Shown here piece by piece: positions 42,227 through 51,414 of a DNA stretch of 64,000 nucleotides (positions within the stretch are counted from its first letter, which is position 1; each line of letters starts with the position of its first letter). The DNA is from Nitrospinaceae bacterium (GTDB lineage Bacteria > Nitrospinota > Nitrospinia > Nitrospinales > Nitrospinaceae), in contig OZ250172.1 in NCBI GenBank assembly GCA_965237905.1, forward strand, positions 2,624,001 to 2,688,000. Reading direction: 5' to 3'. The translations under genes and the position numbers were made by a program. The notes under the pieces are model-generated. The model saw only the letters and a list, made by a program, of their open reading frames with translations. It ran no database searches and had not been told where the DNA came from.

Positions 42227-42556
42227 TTAAGCATCTCTAATAATTTTAAATATTGCCTGCTTCTGTTCTTCTGTTAAATCTTCGTCCTTATGCAATCGAA
42301 AGGAAGACACTGAGGATTTTGATGGTGTAAATTTTTCTATGGGGGGTAAGAGCTTGTCCAATGAATCAAGATTTAACACTTGAGCAATGCAATAAAGGCG
42401 GTGGGTCAATACATGCTGTCTCCCGGCTTCAATATTTGCTAAAGATGCCCGAGAAATTCCAATTTGATCAGCAAGTTGACCTTGTGTAATGTCCTCACTT
42501 TTACGAATTTTTTTTATTTTTTGTCCAACGAGGAGTGAAAATTTGTCAGGTTCCAT
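42227..42556 (-). CDS. XRE-family HTH repressor (CapH-like)
   Basis: GQKIKKIRK..ITQGQLADQIGISRASLANIEAG. Confidence 0.92.
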   Translation of the reverse strand: MEPDKFSLLVGQKIKKIRKSEDITQGQLADQIGISRASLANIEAGRQHVLTHRLYCIAQVLNLDSLDKLLPPIEKFTPSKSSVSSFRLHKDEDLTEEQKQAIFKIIRDA

Positions 42557-42561
42557 AACTC

Positions 42562-42666
42562 CTTATACTAGTAAACACAGGATATGTCAAGCAAGCAAAC
42601 AATTTGTTTGGGATACAAACATATATATTTTTTTTATATTGACATCTGGCAGCAGATTGATATGCT
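42562..42666. promoter_or_regulatory. Divergent sigma70 promoters and candidate operators between the regulator operon and CBASS
   Basis: + strand TTGACA(42639)-16-TATGCT; - strand TTGACA(42590)-17-TATAAG; palindromes caaacaa-t-ttgtttg, tgtttg-N5-caaaca and atctg-N4-cagat. Confidence 0.65.
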
Positions 42667-42753
42667 CACAGATAAGTAATGGCACCACGTTTCTCGGAAT
42701 CAGCTATTTATCCTGGTTGATCCGACCTGAATCCAAAATAGGAGGCAATAATC

Positions 42754-43767
42754 TTGAAGGAAGGGGTAGAAGAAACTGGACATCCGAAGCGGCGTATCCT
42801 ATGCATCGATGGGGGCGGCATCCTCGGTACATTCCCTGCGGCCTTTTTGGCCGAACTGGAGCAGCATCTCGAACACCCGATCGGTTCGTACTTCGACCTG
42901 ATTGCGGGAACATCTACAGGCGGCATCCTCGGGATTGCCCTGTCCTTGGGTCTTCCCGCATCCGAAATTCTTGACCTTTACGAAAAACGAGGTCCAGAGA
43001 TTTTCGGCCAGGATCATGGTGCGCTTATAAGTTTGATTTTAAGGAAAATTCGCGGTTTCCGGCAGCTATACAGACGCAAATATGATTCCGATGCGCTTCG
43101 TTCCGTTCTAAAGGAAGTTTTGGGTACCAGGCGTATTGGTGAAGCTCGGACCCGACTGGTTGTTCCGGCTTGGAACCCAGTGGCTCAATCAGTTTACATT
43201 TATAAGACCGCACATCACCATCGCCTGAAAACAGATTACCGATCGTTCGCCGTCGATGCTGCACTCGCCACGTCTGCAGCGCCGACCTATTTCCAGCATC
43301 ACATCACGCAAAACGATGTTGGATTGCTTGACGGGGGAATCTGGGCGAATAACCCGATCGCCATAGCCGTAGTGGAGGCCATTGCCGTTTTGGGTTGGCC
43401 TCGGGAATCATTGCAAATTTTAAGCCTTAGCTGTTTGGATGAAGCCTACTCAATCCCGAAATGGGTGGGAGTTGGCACACTCGGATTGAAAATCCGCAAT
43501 CTATTTATGGACGGCCAGTCGAAAGGCGCTATGGGCATCGCCAAGCTACTCACAGGCCATGAACATGAACGCAAAGCCATTTACCGGATCAGCCACACAA
43601 TCCCATATAACGCCTTCAAGATGGATGACACGCGTGTGATTCAGGACCTGAAAGGTCTCGGGCATACCATGGCTCGTGATAGGAACCCTGTTCTGGAACC
43701 CGTATTTTTTGACAAACCGGCGAAAGAGTTCACGCCGATTTACCAACTTAATGAGGAATCGCAATGA
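42754..43767 (+). CDS. capV: CBASS patatin-like phospholipase effector
   Basis: DGGGILG, GTSTG, SAAPTYF, DGGIWANNP; adjacent to the CD-NTase. Confidence 0.92.
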   Translation: MKEGVEETGHPKRRILCIDGGGILGTFPAAFLAELEQHLEHPIGSYFDLIAGTSTGGILGIALSLGLPASEILDLYEKRGPEIFGQDHGALISLILRKIRGFRQLYRRKYDSDALRSVLKEVLGTRRIGEARTRLVVPAWNPVAQSVYIYKTAHHHRLKTDYRSFAVDAALATSAAPTYFQHHITQNDVGLLDGGIWANNPIAIAVVEAIAVLGWPRESLQILSLSCLDEAYSIPKWVGVGTLGLKIRNLFMDGQSKGAMGIAKLLTGHEHERKAIYRISHTIPYNAFKMDDTRVIQDLKGLGHTMARDRNPVLEPVFFDKPAKEFTPIYQLNEESQ

Positions 43768-44963
43768 CAATTGACACAGAAAAATACAACAGATTTTTGG
43801 ATAGCGTTGCGGAAGAAATTGATATACCGCCGAGCAAATATCAGGATGCGGTTGAGCGCTACCAGTCCGTCGGAAAGTGGCTGGAGGCAGGTGAGTACTT
43901 AGAATCTTCCGGCAAGCCAAGCATTTACCCGCAAGGCTCTTTTCGCCTGGGAACGGTGGCCAGGCCTATAAGGGGCGGCGTCGAGGCAAGCTATGACATT
44001 GATCTTGTATGTGAGTTGCCGATCGAAAAAAAACGGACCGACCCGTATTCGATCAAGACTATGGTCGGTGATCGCTTACGCGAGCACGGCACATATCGCA
44101 AATTGCTTGACAAGGAAGGTAAGCGATGCTGGACGCTCGAATACGCCGAAGAGGATGAGGTTGGCTTTCATCTGGACGTTCTGCCATCCGTCCCGGATCA
44201 AAAGGGTCTTCTAGATACCTCTATTGCCATCACCAATAAACAAGCAGGAGTCTACGATTGGTCTTCGAGCGATCCGAATGGCTTTGGGCTCTGGTTTGAT
44301 CGCCAGAATCGGGCGGCGTTCGAGGTCGCCCTGATCGAACAAAAGCGATCCATTCAGGAGCGGATGCCCAATCTTTATGGGAAAGTTGACGACGTTCCAG
44401 ACCAACTCGTCCGCACGCCCCTCCAAAGGTCGATTCAGCTCATGAAACGTCACCGTGATGTGAAGTTTAATGACGCACAGTATAATGGTTACGCGCCGAT
44501 CTCGATCATCATTACGACCTTGGCTGCGCAGTTTTATCAGGATGAGCCGGATACCTTTTCGGCGCTGACCAGAATTATCGACCAACTCCATGAGCATGCG
44601 GTTCTTGTTGAAAATGGGACCGTGAACAAAGCTCTCGCGCCCTTCAGTCCTATTAAACGCACGTCTGACGGAAAGTGGTACATAGGCAATCCGGTCAATT
44701 CAGATGAGAATTTCGCCGACCGCTGGCACGAGGATAAACATGCACGTGCGAGGGCCTTTTTCTCTTGGGTGGCTGCCTTAAAGGAGGACCTCATAAACAT
44801 TTTGGCTGAAACACGTCCTGATGTCATGCGCAAACGACTTACCGCTGTGCTTGGTGCGGCTGTTGTGTCTGGTCATCTCGACCTGATCTCACCAGCCCAG
44901 GCCGCCGTGGTCAGTGCCCCAAGTATTCATATCTCGGGAGCAGCTAAACCCTGGAGGGCATGA
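43764..44963 (+). CDS. cGAS/DncV-like nucleotidyltransferase (CD-NTase)
   Basis: YPQGSFRLGT, YDIDL, FHLDVLP, KRHRD, NPVN..ENFADRW. Confidence 0.95.
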   Translation: MTIDTEKYNRFLDSVAEEIDIPPSKYQDAVERYQSVGKWLEAGEYLESSGKPSIYPQGSFRLGTVARPIRGGVEASYDIDLVCELPIEKKRTDPYSIKTMVGDRLREHGTYRKLLDKEGKRCWTLEYAEEDEVGFHLDVLPSVPDQKGLLDTSIAITNKQAGVYDWSSSDPNGFGLWFDRQNRAAFEVALIEQKRSIQERMPNLYGKVDDVPDQLVRTPLQRSIQLMKRHRDVKFNDAQYNGYAPISIIITTLAAQFYQDEPDTFSALTRIIDQLHEHAVLVENGTVNKALAPFSPIKRTSDGKWYIGNPVNSDENFADRWHEDKHARARAFFSWVAALKEDLINILAETRPDVMRKRLTAVLGAAVVSGHLDLISPAQAAVVSAPSIHISGAAKPWRA

Positions 44964-45713
44964 GTGAAGGAAGAACTCTCCGCCCAAATCGCCGAGCTAC
45001 AGACGGTTCATACGGGTCTGACAAAAATCGCGGAGAAGGATAACGAAACTGTCGTTTCCGGACCGTTGCCGTTCAAGGCATCGGCTGACGGGCTTAGCCC
45101 AATTACCGAATGCTTTGAGATAGAATTAATCATCCCCAATAAATACCCGAAGATCCTGCCGCGTGTTAGGGAAACCGGTGGGAAAGTCGACGGCGATTAT
45201 GACCACCTCTATAAGGATGGAACGCTCTGTCTAGCTGTCCCGATCGAGGAGCGCAGGAGATTTGGAGAACAACCCACCCTTCTAGGTTTTATAAACAAAC
45301 TGGTAATTCCCTATTTTTTTGGCTACTACTACTGGGAAAAAAACGGCAAATATCCTTTCGACGAGCAAGCCCATGGCCCCGATGGGATTGTCCGGCATTA
45401 TATGGATTCCCTCCATCTACCGGATGAAATCTCAGCTCTGGCTGTCGTTTCCTACCTTCTTGAGTATGGCTATCGCGGTCATCATTTATGTCCTTGTGGA
45501 AGCAGCGAAAAGGTTCGAAATTGCCATGGCAAAGCATTACACGACCTACATGAACAGCACAATGAAATCACTTTAAAAAATGATTTCTTGTCGGCGCTGG
45601 ATGTCTGCATCAACAAAGTAAAAGAGGACAAACTTAAAATTCCTGAATCCCTTAAAAGACAGGTTCTTCGAATTTACAATAAGATCAAAAACAAAATCTT
45701 CGATGTTGACTAA
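44964..45713 (+). CDS. Prokaryotic E2-like protein with C-terminal SEC-C motif (E2-only CBASS ancillary)
   Basis: IPNKYP..LP.V...HLYKDGTLCL E2 core with Cys; CPCGS.EK.RNCH SEC-C motif. Confidence 0.82.
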   Translation: MKEELSAQIAELQTVHTGLTKIAEKDNETVVSGPLPFKASADGLSPITECFEIELIIPNKYPKILPRVRETGGKVDGDYDHLYKDGTLCLAVPIEERRRFGEQPTLLGFINKLVIPYFFGYYYWEKNGKYPFDEQAHGPDGIVRHYMDSLHLPDEISALAVVSYLLEYGYRGHHLCPCGSSEKVRNCHGKALHDLHEQHNEITLKNDFLSALDVCINKVKEDKLKIPESLKRQVLRIYNKIKNKIFDVD

Positions 45714-45756
45714 CAGAGTTGGGTCTTATAATTAATAATATATAATATAATAATTT

Positions 45757-45954
45757 ATGGCCATCTTCATCCCCCACAGATGCCCGATATGCTTCGAGAG
45801 CGTGACGCTGATACTGCCGCAGCATAAGGGTGGTGCGTTTAAGGGTACAGCGAAGGGGCAGTGTTTAAATTGCATGGATGAGCAGGAACACGATTTAACT
45901 GTCCCCGCCAATAGGAAAGATTTAATCAAAGTCAAAGGACCAGAACGGCAGTAA
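45757..45954 (+). CDS. Small putative zinc-finger protein
   Basis: CPIC...CLNC in 65 aa. Confidence 0.5.
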   Translation: MAIFIPHRCPICFESVTLILPQHKGGAFKGTAKGQCLNCMDEQEHDLTVPANRKDLIKVKGPERQ

Positions 45955-46062
45955 CCGCGATCAGGAGAATTTTAGAGAGGACCAATCACCCAAAGCAGAC
46001 GTTCGCCTAACGGCTTCGACCGGCAGGAACCGGCCATAAGCGGACATTTACCCATATGCGGA

Positions 46063-46347
46063 TTATTCATCAATAAATTCATTTGCTGGAGATTTGATAA
46101 AATCACTACTCAATGGGAAATATGCTCGTAGACCTCCATCATCTATGCATCCGTGAACTCTAATATCACCATCAGGTTTATCGTCCCAATGAGTGATGAT
46201 TTCAATATGGTATTTCTTACCATCTTTTGATGTTACTTCCCTGGTAACAGGTTCTTTTTCGATATTCTTTTGTAAATCTTGATGAGAAATAGGACGGAAT
46301 AATTCTAATTCATTTTCAAGTAATTTAATTGCTTCTTGTTTATCCAT
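46063..46347 (-). CDS. Hypothetical protein (cassette-like gene)
   Basis: 94 aa AT-rich ORF tightly bounded by repeats. Confidence 0.75.
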   Translation of the reverse strand: MDKQEAIKLLENELELFRPISHQDLQKNIEKEPVTREVTSKDGKKYHIEIITHWDDKPDGDIRVHGCIDDGGLRAYFPLSSDFIKSPANEFIDE

Positions 46348-46505
46348 AAGTTTTTCAATTTCCGCTTTAGGTCGTTTTCAGATTAAGTAATATTTCGGCC
46401 ACAAGCGGACACTTGCCCAAGCACAAGAAACCCCGCTCTAGTCGGGGCCTCATCTTGGTCCTCGGTTCTTCTTGTTATGCGCTGAGTCGAGGGGAAGGGC
46501 GGACC

Positions 46506-46994
46506 TTATCTGGACCTGTGCGCTTCCAGCTCGATCTCGATCATGAACCCGGGCAGGGCGAGCCCTTTGACCTCGAGCCAGGTTCCGGTCGGAAACTGCT
46601 TTGTGTAGATCGAGTTACGATACGAAGCGACCTCGAGAAACTTCGCCATGTTGGTCGTATAGACGTTCTCAACTATCACGTCGTCGAAGGTATAGCCGTA
46701 GTGCTTCAGAACCTTATCCAGATCGGAGTAAGCGTTTTTCATCTGCTGCTCCAAATCGCCGACAGCTGTCGGGTTGCCCTCATCATCCATGCTCACGGCG
46801 CCCGAGATCTTGATGTCATCACCGATCTTCACGGCATGCGTGTAGCCGTAGGCCTTTTCGACCTCCGGTCGCAAAAGGAAATACTCCGGCATTTCTTTCG
46901 CCAGCACGATCGTCTCGTCGGATTCCGGGCCGGGGCAGCCGGACAGGAAAGCCAGGAAGAGTGTTGCAAGGACGAGCAGTGATTTTTTGTTCAT
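46506..46994 (-). CDS. RidA/YjgF family protein with export signal
   Basis: YTHAVK.GD.IKISG, VIVENVY, WLEVKGLA.PGFMIEIE; lipobox-like LSGC; aggag RBS. Confidence 0.85.
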   Translation of the reverse strand: MNKKSLLVLATLFLAFLSGCPGPESDETIVLAKEMPEYFLLRPEVEKAYGYTHAVKIGDDIKISGAVSMDDEGNPTAVGDLEQQMKNAYSDLDKVLKHYGYTFDDVIVENVYTTNMAKFLEVASYRNSIYTKQFPTGTWLEVKGLALPGFMIEIELEAHRSR

Positions 46995-47160
46995 TGTTTT
47001 TCTCCTCAGATTTGTCAAACGGCCGCTTTGGGTCGTTTGCGGGCTAACGATCAGCGCGATCGAACGTCCGCTTTCCGTGCTAACTGTTATGACTCATCGT
47101 CTGTCCACAATAGGATTTCTTCTTCAAAAATCCCCCACCCGCTCCACCAACTCCGGTTGG

Positions 47161-47613
47161 TCATTCAACCGGACACCACCCCACCCTTGCTCCGCCGTGA
47201 TACTCCCTACCAAGTCCCTGCTGGATGATCTTCTCTGCCAGATTGTCCCCGCTGGTCAGCTTCACGTCCGCCACTACTCGACCGGCGTACTTCCCATGCT
47301 TGACGTTTGCCAGTAGCACCACCTCACCCAAGATCAGCCCTTTCACGAAGTCGCGTGCTTCAATGGCCTTCTGTTTCTCAGATTCACACTTTCCACGGAT
47401 TTCAGGAGTATCCACGCCATTAACCCGGACGCTGGCCTTTGCTTCCAGACCGGGCCACGGGTAGGCTTCCACCGTGAACGTGTCGCCGTCATAGACCTTT
47501 ATGACCTTGGCGGACACCGGGCCAGTAATGGCGGGATCAGCCCATGAGGTAACGGGGGCCAGGAGAAGGCATACGGCAAGAATCAGGATCGGGATTTTGT
47601 TCGGAGTATCCAT
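47161..47613 (-). CDS. Thermonuclease (SNase) family protein
   Basis: VIKVYDGDT, VRVNGVDTPE, KYAGRVVA; signal peptide. Confidence 0.9.
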   Translation of the reverse strand: MDTPNKIPILILAVCLLLAPVTSWADPAITGPVSAKVIKVYDGDTFTVEAYPWPGLEAKASVRVNGVDTPEIRGKCESEKQKAIEARDFVKGLILGEVVLLANVKHGKYAGRVVADVKLTSGDNLAEKIIQQGLGREYHGGARVGWCPVE

Positions 47614-47701
47614 ACCCGAAACTATACACCGATTGGTGATTATTCGGACACCATAAAAAGGCCAGCAGAGAGAGCCGTTTTCTGGTTGAATATACCTTTA
47701 A

Positions 47702-47722
47702 TTTAATACTATATAATATTAT
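47702..47722. repeat. Right att junction (tttaatactatataatatt + AT core)
   Basis: Exact inverted copy of 29293-29313. Confidence 0.93.
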
Positions 47723-48373
47723 GATGTTGTGCCCGCCCGCCGCGGCAATCTCCAGCGCGCGCTTCACGTGGAGCTGGCCTTTGACATCGGTGAAGTCGAT
47801 TTCGTACAGCGCTTCACGGAAAAAATCCTCACCCGTTTTTGTCGGCAGGGGATCGATCATCGACTCGCCGTTCAGGAACGCAACGGCCTGCGGCAGGTTG
47901 CTCACCGGATAGACGTTAAGACCCTCCACCACGGCGGCCTCCGCCGCATTTTCAACCGGGAGCAAAAGACCGGCAAGACCCTTCGCCTTGGCCTCCACGG
48001 CGATGGAGAGCGCACCCTTGATCGGTTTCACCCGTCCGTCCAGCGACAACTCGCCGAGGATCATGTAGTTTTCCAAGTCGTCTTTGCGGAGCACGTGGTT
48101 GGCGGCGCAGATGCCGAGGGCGATGGGCAGATCGAACGCCGAGCCTTCCTTCTTGATGTTGGCCGGGGCGAGGTTGACGGTGATGCGCTTGACCGGCAGA
48201 TCGAGATTGGTGTTCTTGATGGCGGCCATCACGCGGTCGCTCGACTCCTTCACCGCCGCGTCGGGCAGGCCGACGATGGAAAAGTTGGGCACGCCGGGCG
48301 CCAGGTTCACCTCGACCTCGACGAGGTAACCCTCGATGCCCAATACCGCTCCGCTCAATACCCGCGCGACCAT
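47721..48373 (-). pseudogene. comM: ComM/YifB, 5' part (split by the integrated element)
   Basis: VGLPDAAVKES, VNLAPA.IKKEGSAFDLPIA, GELSLDG, DVKGQ..VKRALEIAAAGGHNI. Confidence 0.95.
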
Positions 48374-48391
48374 TTGCCCTCCGCAAGTTGT

Positions 48392-49114
48392 TTACGTTGT
48401 CCACATTTTTCGGATTTTATTTTTTTCTTTCTCAATTTTCGCTCCCACCAGACGCTCCCATAGACACAGTCCGGAATAATTTTCCACCCGTGTCGTGGGA
48501 ACCTGGAAATGTTTTAAGGTTTTGTTCGACGCTTCGTTGGGAATGATAAAGGACCACATGTGCAAGGCGCCCCTGTTGTTCTCGGTGAGGATGGATTTGA
48601 AGTAGGAATGCGGAACGGGGAGGGTGACGCCGTTATCATCCTCCGATCCGATGGTTTTCACGGCTTTGTTGAAATCAAATATCGGTCCGCTGAGAACATA
48701 AGTTTCGTAGATGTTCTTTTTGGCGTTGAGTTGCCGGACGGCCTTCTCTAAATCTTTCCATATCTTGCGGTTTAAATCGGGGTGTTGCGGCGACATATTC
48801 GACAGCAAAAAAGTCTCGCTGTTTTCAAGGTCCTCTTCCCGGTGATTGGCGCTGGGGACCAGGTGACCGCGATCGAAACCCGATTTCAGGTAATCCGCCA
48901 GGTCGGCCCGGAACATTTGGGGAACGCGGTAATCCGAACGAAAATTGTCCGCTCTTTCAACCGGTGATTCGGCGGGGTCGACGATCTCCAGGGCCCATTT
49001 GGCTTGGCGGAAGTAATAGGAGTATCCGATGACGTAATGCCGGTTGAATAGAATTTGATCGGCGGCTGGCATGCCGTATCTCGTTTCACGCTTCAAGCTC
49101 GGTAAATCCAGCAT
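48392..49114 (-). CDS. DNA/RNA non-specific endonuclease (NucA/EndoG family)
   Basis: FDRGHLVP, TFLLSNMSPQ, LNRKIWKDLE; ggagg RBS. Confidence 0.92.
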   Translation of the reverse strand: MLDLPSLKRETRYGMPAADQILFNRHYVIGYSYYFRQAKWALEIVDPAESPVERADNFRSDYRVPQMFRADLADYLKSGFDRGHLVPSANHREEDLENSETFLLSNMSPQHPDLNRKIWKDLEKAVRQLNAKKNIYETYVLSGPIFDFNKAVKTIGSEDDNGVTLPVPHSYFKSILTENNRGALHMWSFIIPNEASNKTLKHFQVPTTRVENYSGLCLWERLVGAKIEKEKNKIRKMWTT

Positions 49115-49294
49115 GGCATCCTCCTTGAGTACAGGTGATGAGTCAACTTTGTGTGATGCTGGGATTATATTCGGAAAGTCTAAAAAATGCAAAATCGGGC
49201 GGGAGGACTGCAAAGATGGGTCTTTTTCAGGAGTATAATTGTGAGATGGGCCTGCAAGGGTCGTTGGCCAACCTTGAATAAGGAGCAAACTGTC

Positions 49295-49486
49295 ATGAAT
49301 ACCAAGAGAAAACTCCACGATGGCATCGTTGGGGCGGTTCTGACGGCGGGGTCGGCGCTCGCCTACTATGTCGATCCGCTATGGATCCTCGTGCCCGGCG
49401 CGCTGGGCGTCGTTCTTCTGCAAAGCGGATTGACGGGGTTCTGCCCGCTCTATTTCATTCTGGACAAGACGACTAAGACTGCATGA
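49295..49486 (+). CDS. DUF2892/YgaP-like small membrane protein
   Basis: LLQSGLTGFCPLY; aggag RBS. Confidence 0.8.
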   Translation: MNTKRKLHDGIVGAVLTAGSALAYYVDPLWILVPGALGVVLLQSGLTGFCPLYFILDKTTKTA

Positions 49487-49519
49487 TAGAGAGCGCAGAG
49501 TCCGCCGAGAAAACCTTAA

Positions 49520-49880
49520 GCAGACAGGATAACAGGATGAATAGGATTGTTTCACCACAGAGGGCACAGAGTACACAGAGACCAGCGTAACGCTGGACTC
49601 AGCATAAATACTCCTCCCCTTACCAAGGGGAGGATGCAGGTGGGGCCGGGTAAGGCCCGGAGCTAACATTCTCCTCTCCCCTCATGGGGAGAGGATTAAG
49701 GTGAGGGGTGGTTTGACAGGATCACAAGATAAAGGAGGAATCCCCCCGGCCCCCTTTACAAGGGGGAGCTAAATTACCCCGGCTCCCTCCTTCGACAAGC
49801 TCAGGACAAGTTTTACAAGGAGAGCAAAATTAAAAATCCCTCTCCCCATGAGGGGAGAGGGATAGGTTGACAGGATTATG
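49520..49880. repeat. Cluster of REP-like palindromes (copy 1)
   Basis: ccagcgtaacgctgg; cctcccctt-acc-aaggggagg; cctctcccc-tcat-ggggagagg; ccccctttacaaggggg; ccttcgacaagctcaggac. Confidence 0.8.
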
Positions 49881-49894
49881 CAAAGGTCTCGTGA

Positions 49895-51025
49895 TTAAAA
49901 TCCGTCCAGGAACTCGCCGTATCCTTCGGCTTGCATGTTTGCCACCGAAACGAACCGTAGAGATGCGGAGTTGATGCAATACCTCAGTCCTGTCGGCTTG
50001 GGACCGTCCTCGAAGATATGACCGAGATGGGATTCCCCATGCTTCGACCGCACCTCGACCCGGACCATGAAGAAGGACTTGTCGGTTTTGCTGTAGACGT
50101 TCTCCTCGACCAGTGGCCGGGTGAATGACGGCCAGCCGGTTTTCGAATCGTATTTGTCTTTCGAACTGAACAACGGTTCGCCCGAAACGATATCGACATA
50201 TATACCCGCCTTTTTGTTGTCCCAGTGCTCATTACGGTAAGGCGGCTCCGTCCCTTCCTCCTGCGTGACCTTGTACTGGAGCGGGGTCAGCGTTTTCTTG
50301 AGTTCGGACTTGGCGGGTTTGGTAAACTTTCCACTACCCTGGCCCATGCCCGGTGGCGAGTAGTCTTTATCTGCGCCCCAGGTTTTGTCGATGAAACGAT
50401 CCCGGCCCGAACCCCCGCGATATCCCTTGTAGTGCGCCGTGCTCTTCTTATAGAAATCCTGGTGATACTCCTCGGCGGGATAAAACTCCGTGGCTTGGGT
50501 GATCTCGGTAATGATGGGCCGGCTGAACCGTTTGCTGGCTTCCAGCTTCTTTTTGGATTCGAGCGCCTGCTGTTCCTGCTCGTCGTTATGGTAAAAAATT
50601 CCCGATCGATATTGCTTACCGCGGTCGACAAACTGTCCGCCGCCGTCCGTCGGATCGATGTTCCGCCAGAACACTTCCAATAGGTCCGGGTAGGAAATCT
50701 GCTCCGGATCGTAATGCACCTGGACGGACTCGGTGTGTCCGGTCATGCCATGCGCCACCTGTTTGTAGGTGGGATTTTTTTCAGGGCCGCCGGTGTATCC
50801 GGAAATCACTTTGTAGACTCCCGGCAATTGTTCAAAGGGGGGCTCCATACACCAGAAACAACCCCCGGCTAATGTTGCGATCTCTAAATGTTCCGGCATG
50901 GGTTTGGATACCTTTTGTGTAAGATTTGCTTGTTTGTCAGAAGAACTGAAACCGTTTACAGACATCATTACGGCCCCCACAATCAGGCCGAACAGAATTA
51001 TATAGTAAGGTGTGCTGCTTTTCAT
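49895..51025 (-). CDS. msrAB: Peptide methionine sulfoxide reductase MsrA/MsrB fusion, exported
   Basis: AGGCFWC (MsrA); GWPSF, HLGHIF.DGP and RYCINSASL (MsrB); N-terminal hydrophobic signal. Confidence 0.96.
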   Translation of the reverse strand: MKSSTPYYIILFGLIVGAVMMSVNGFSSSDKQANLTQKVSKPMPEHLEIATLAGGCFWCMEPPFEQLPGVYKVISGYTGGPEKNPTYKQVAHGMTGHTESVQVHYDPEQISYPDLLEVFWRNIDPTDGGGQFVDRGKQYRSGIFYHNDEQEQQALESKKKLEASKRFSRPIITEITQATEFYPAEEYHQDFYKKSTAHYKGYRGGSGRDRFIDKTWGADKDYSPPGMGQGSGKFTKPAKSELKKTLTPLQYKVTQEEGTEPPYRNEHWDNKKAGIYVDIVSGEPLFSSKDKYDSKTGWPSFTRPLVEENVYSKTDKSFFMVRVEVRSKHGESHLGHIFEDGPKPTGLRYCINSASLRFVSVANMQAEGYGEFLDGF

Positions 51026-51261
51026 TAGTTACCTCCAGATATTGAATGGCCGTTCCCCGGCTCATTTTCAGTTACCAGTAAGTCGCCGTGCAGGAAAAAT
51101 CCTTACAACCGGATCGCCGTGCGGTCCCGCTGGCCAGTCCGCCGCGGGGGGCCGGAGACCCATGCCATTATCTGATTACCCCTTTAAGATACCTCTTTTG
51201 CCCCAAAAGTTTCAAGCGATGTATAATCGGTGATTCCACATCCATTGAAATGGAGCCGGTT

Positions 51262-51414
51262 ATGAGGAAAAAAGCCAAAAAGAAATCCCCGTCCCAATCC
51301 AAATCCCGCAAGGTGGCATCGAGCGCTCAAGGAAAACCGAAGCCTGAATCCCAATCCACCGTCAAAGATAAAGAAGAATTGATCCGCATCTGGGACGAAG
51401 ACCTTTGTGAATAA
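51262..51414 (+). CDS. Small basic hypothetical protein
   Basis: MRKKAKKKSP...IWDEDLCE, ggag RBS. Confidence 0.45.
   Translation: MRKKAKKKSPSQSKSRKVASSAQGKPKPESQSTVKDKEELIRIWDEDLCE

Larger units (their letters stand above)
45987..47074. repeat. Six copies of an AAGCGGACRTT-type motif in symmetric inverted arrangement around two genes
   Basis: Forward copies at 45987-46003, 46031-46048 and 46396-46413; reverse copies at 46357-46374, 47018-47035 and 47063-47074. Confidence 0.75.
29295..47720. mobile_element. ~18.4 kb comM-integrated, serine-integrase-mobilised defence island
   Basis: Splits comM; excision restores the frame; perfect 19-bp inverted ends 29295-29313 and 47702-47720 with AT core copies at 29293-29294 and 47721-47722; visibly AT-rich; integrase and defence cargo. 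Confidence 0.95.

Noticed and set aside
45987..47074. Classical integron attC cassettes
   Set aside because: No clear RYYYAAC...GTTRRRY boxes, sites are inverted around each gene, and the nearby recombinase is too short for IntI and lacks its insertion; kept as a different type of finding.
47537..47720. C-terminal extension of ORF 47537-48373
   Set aside because: Read-through of split comM into the element end; it overlaps the thermonuclease gene.
29295..47720. Prophage or ICE
   Set aside because: No capsid, terminase, tail, T4SS or coupling-protein genes are recognisable.
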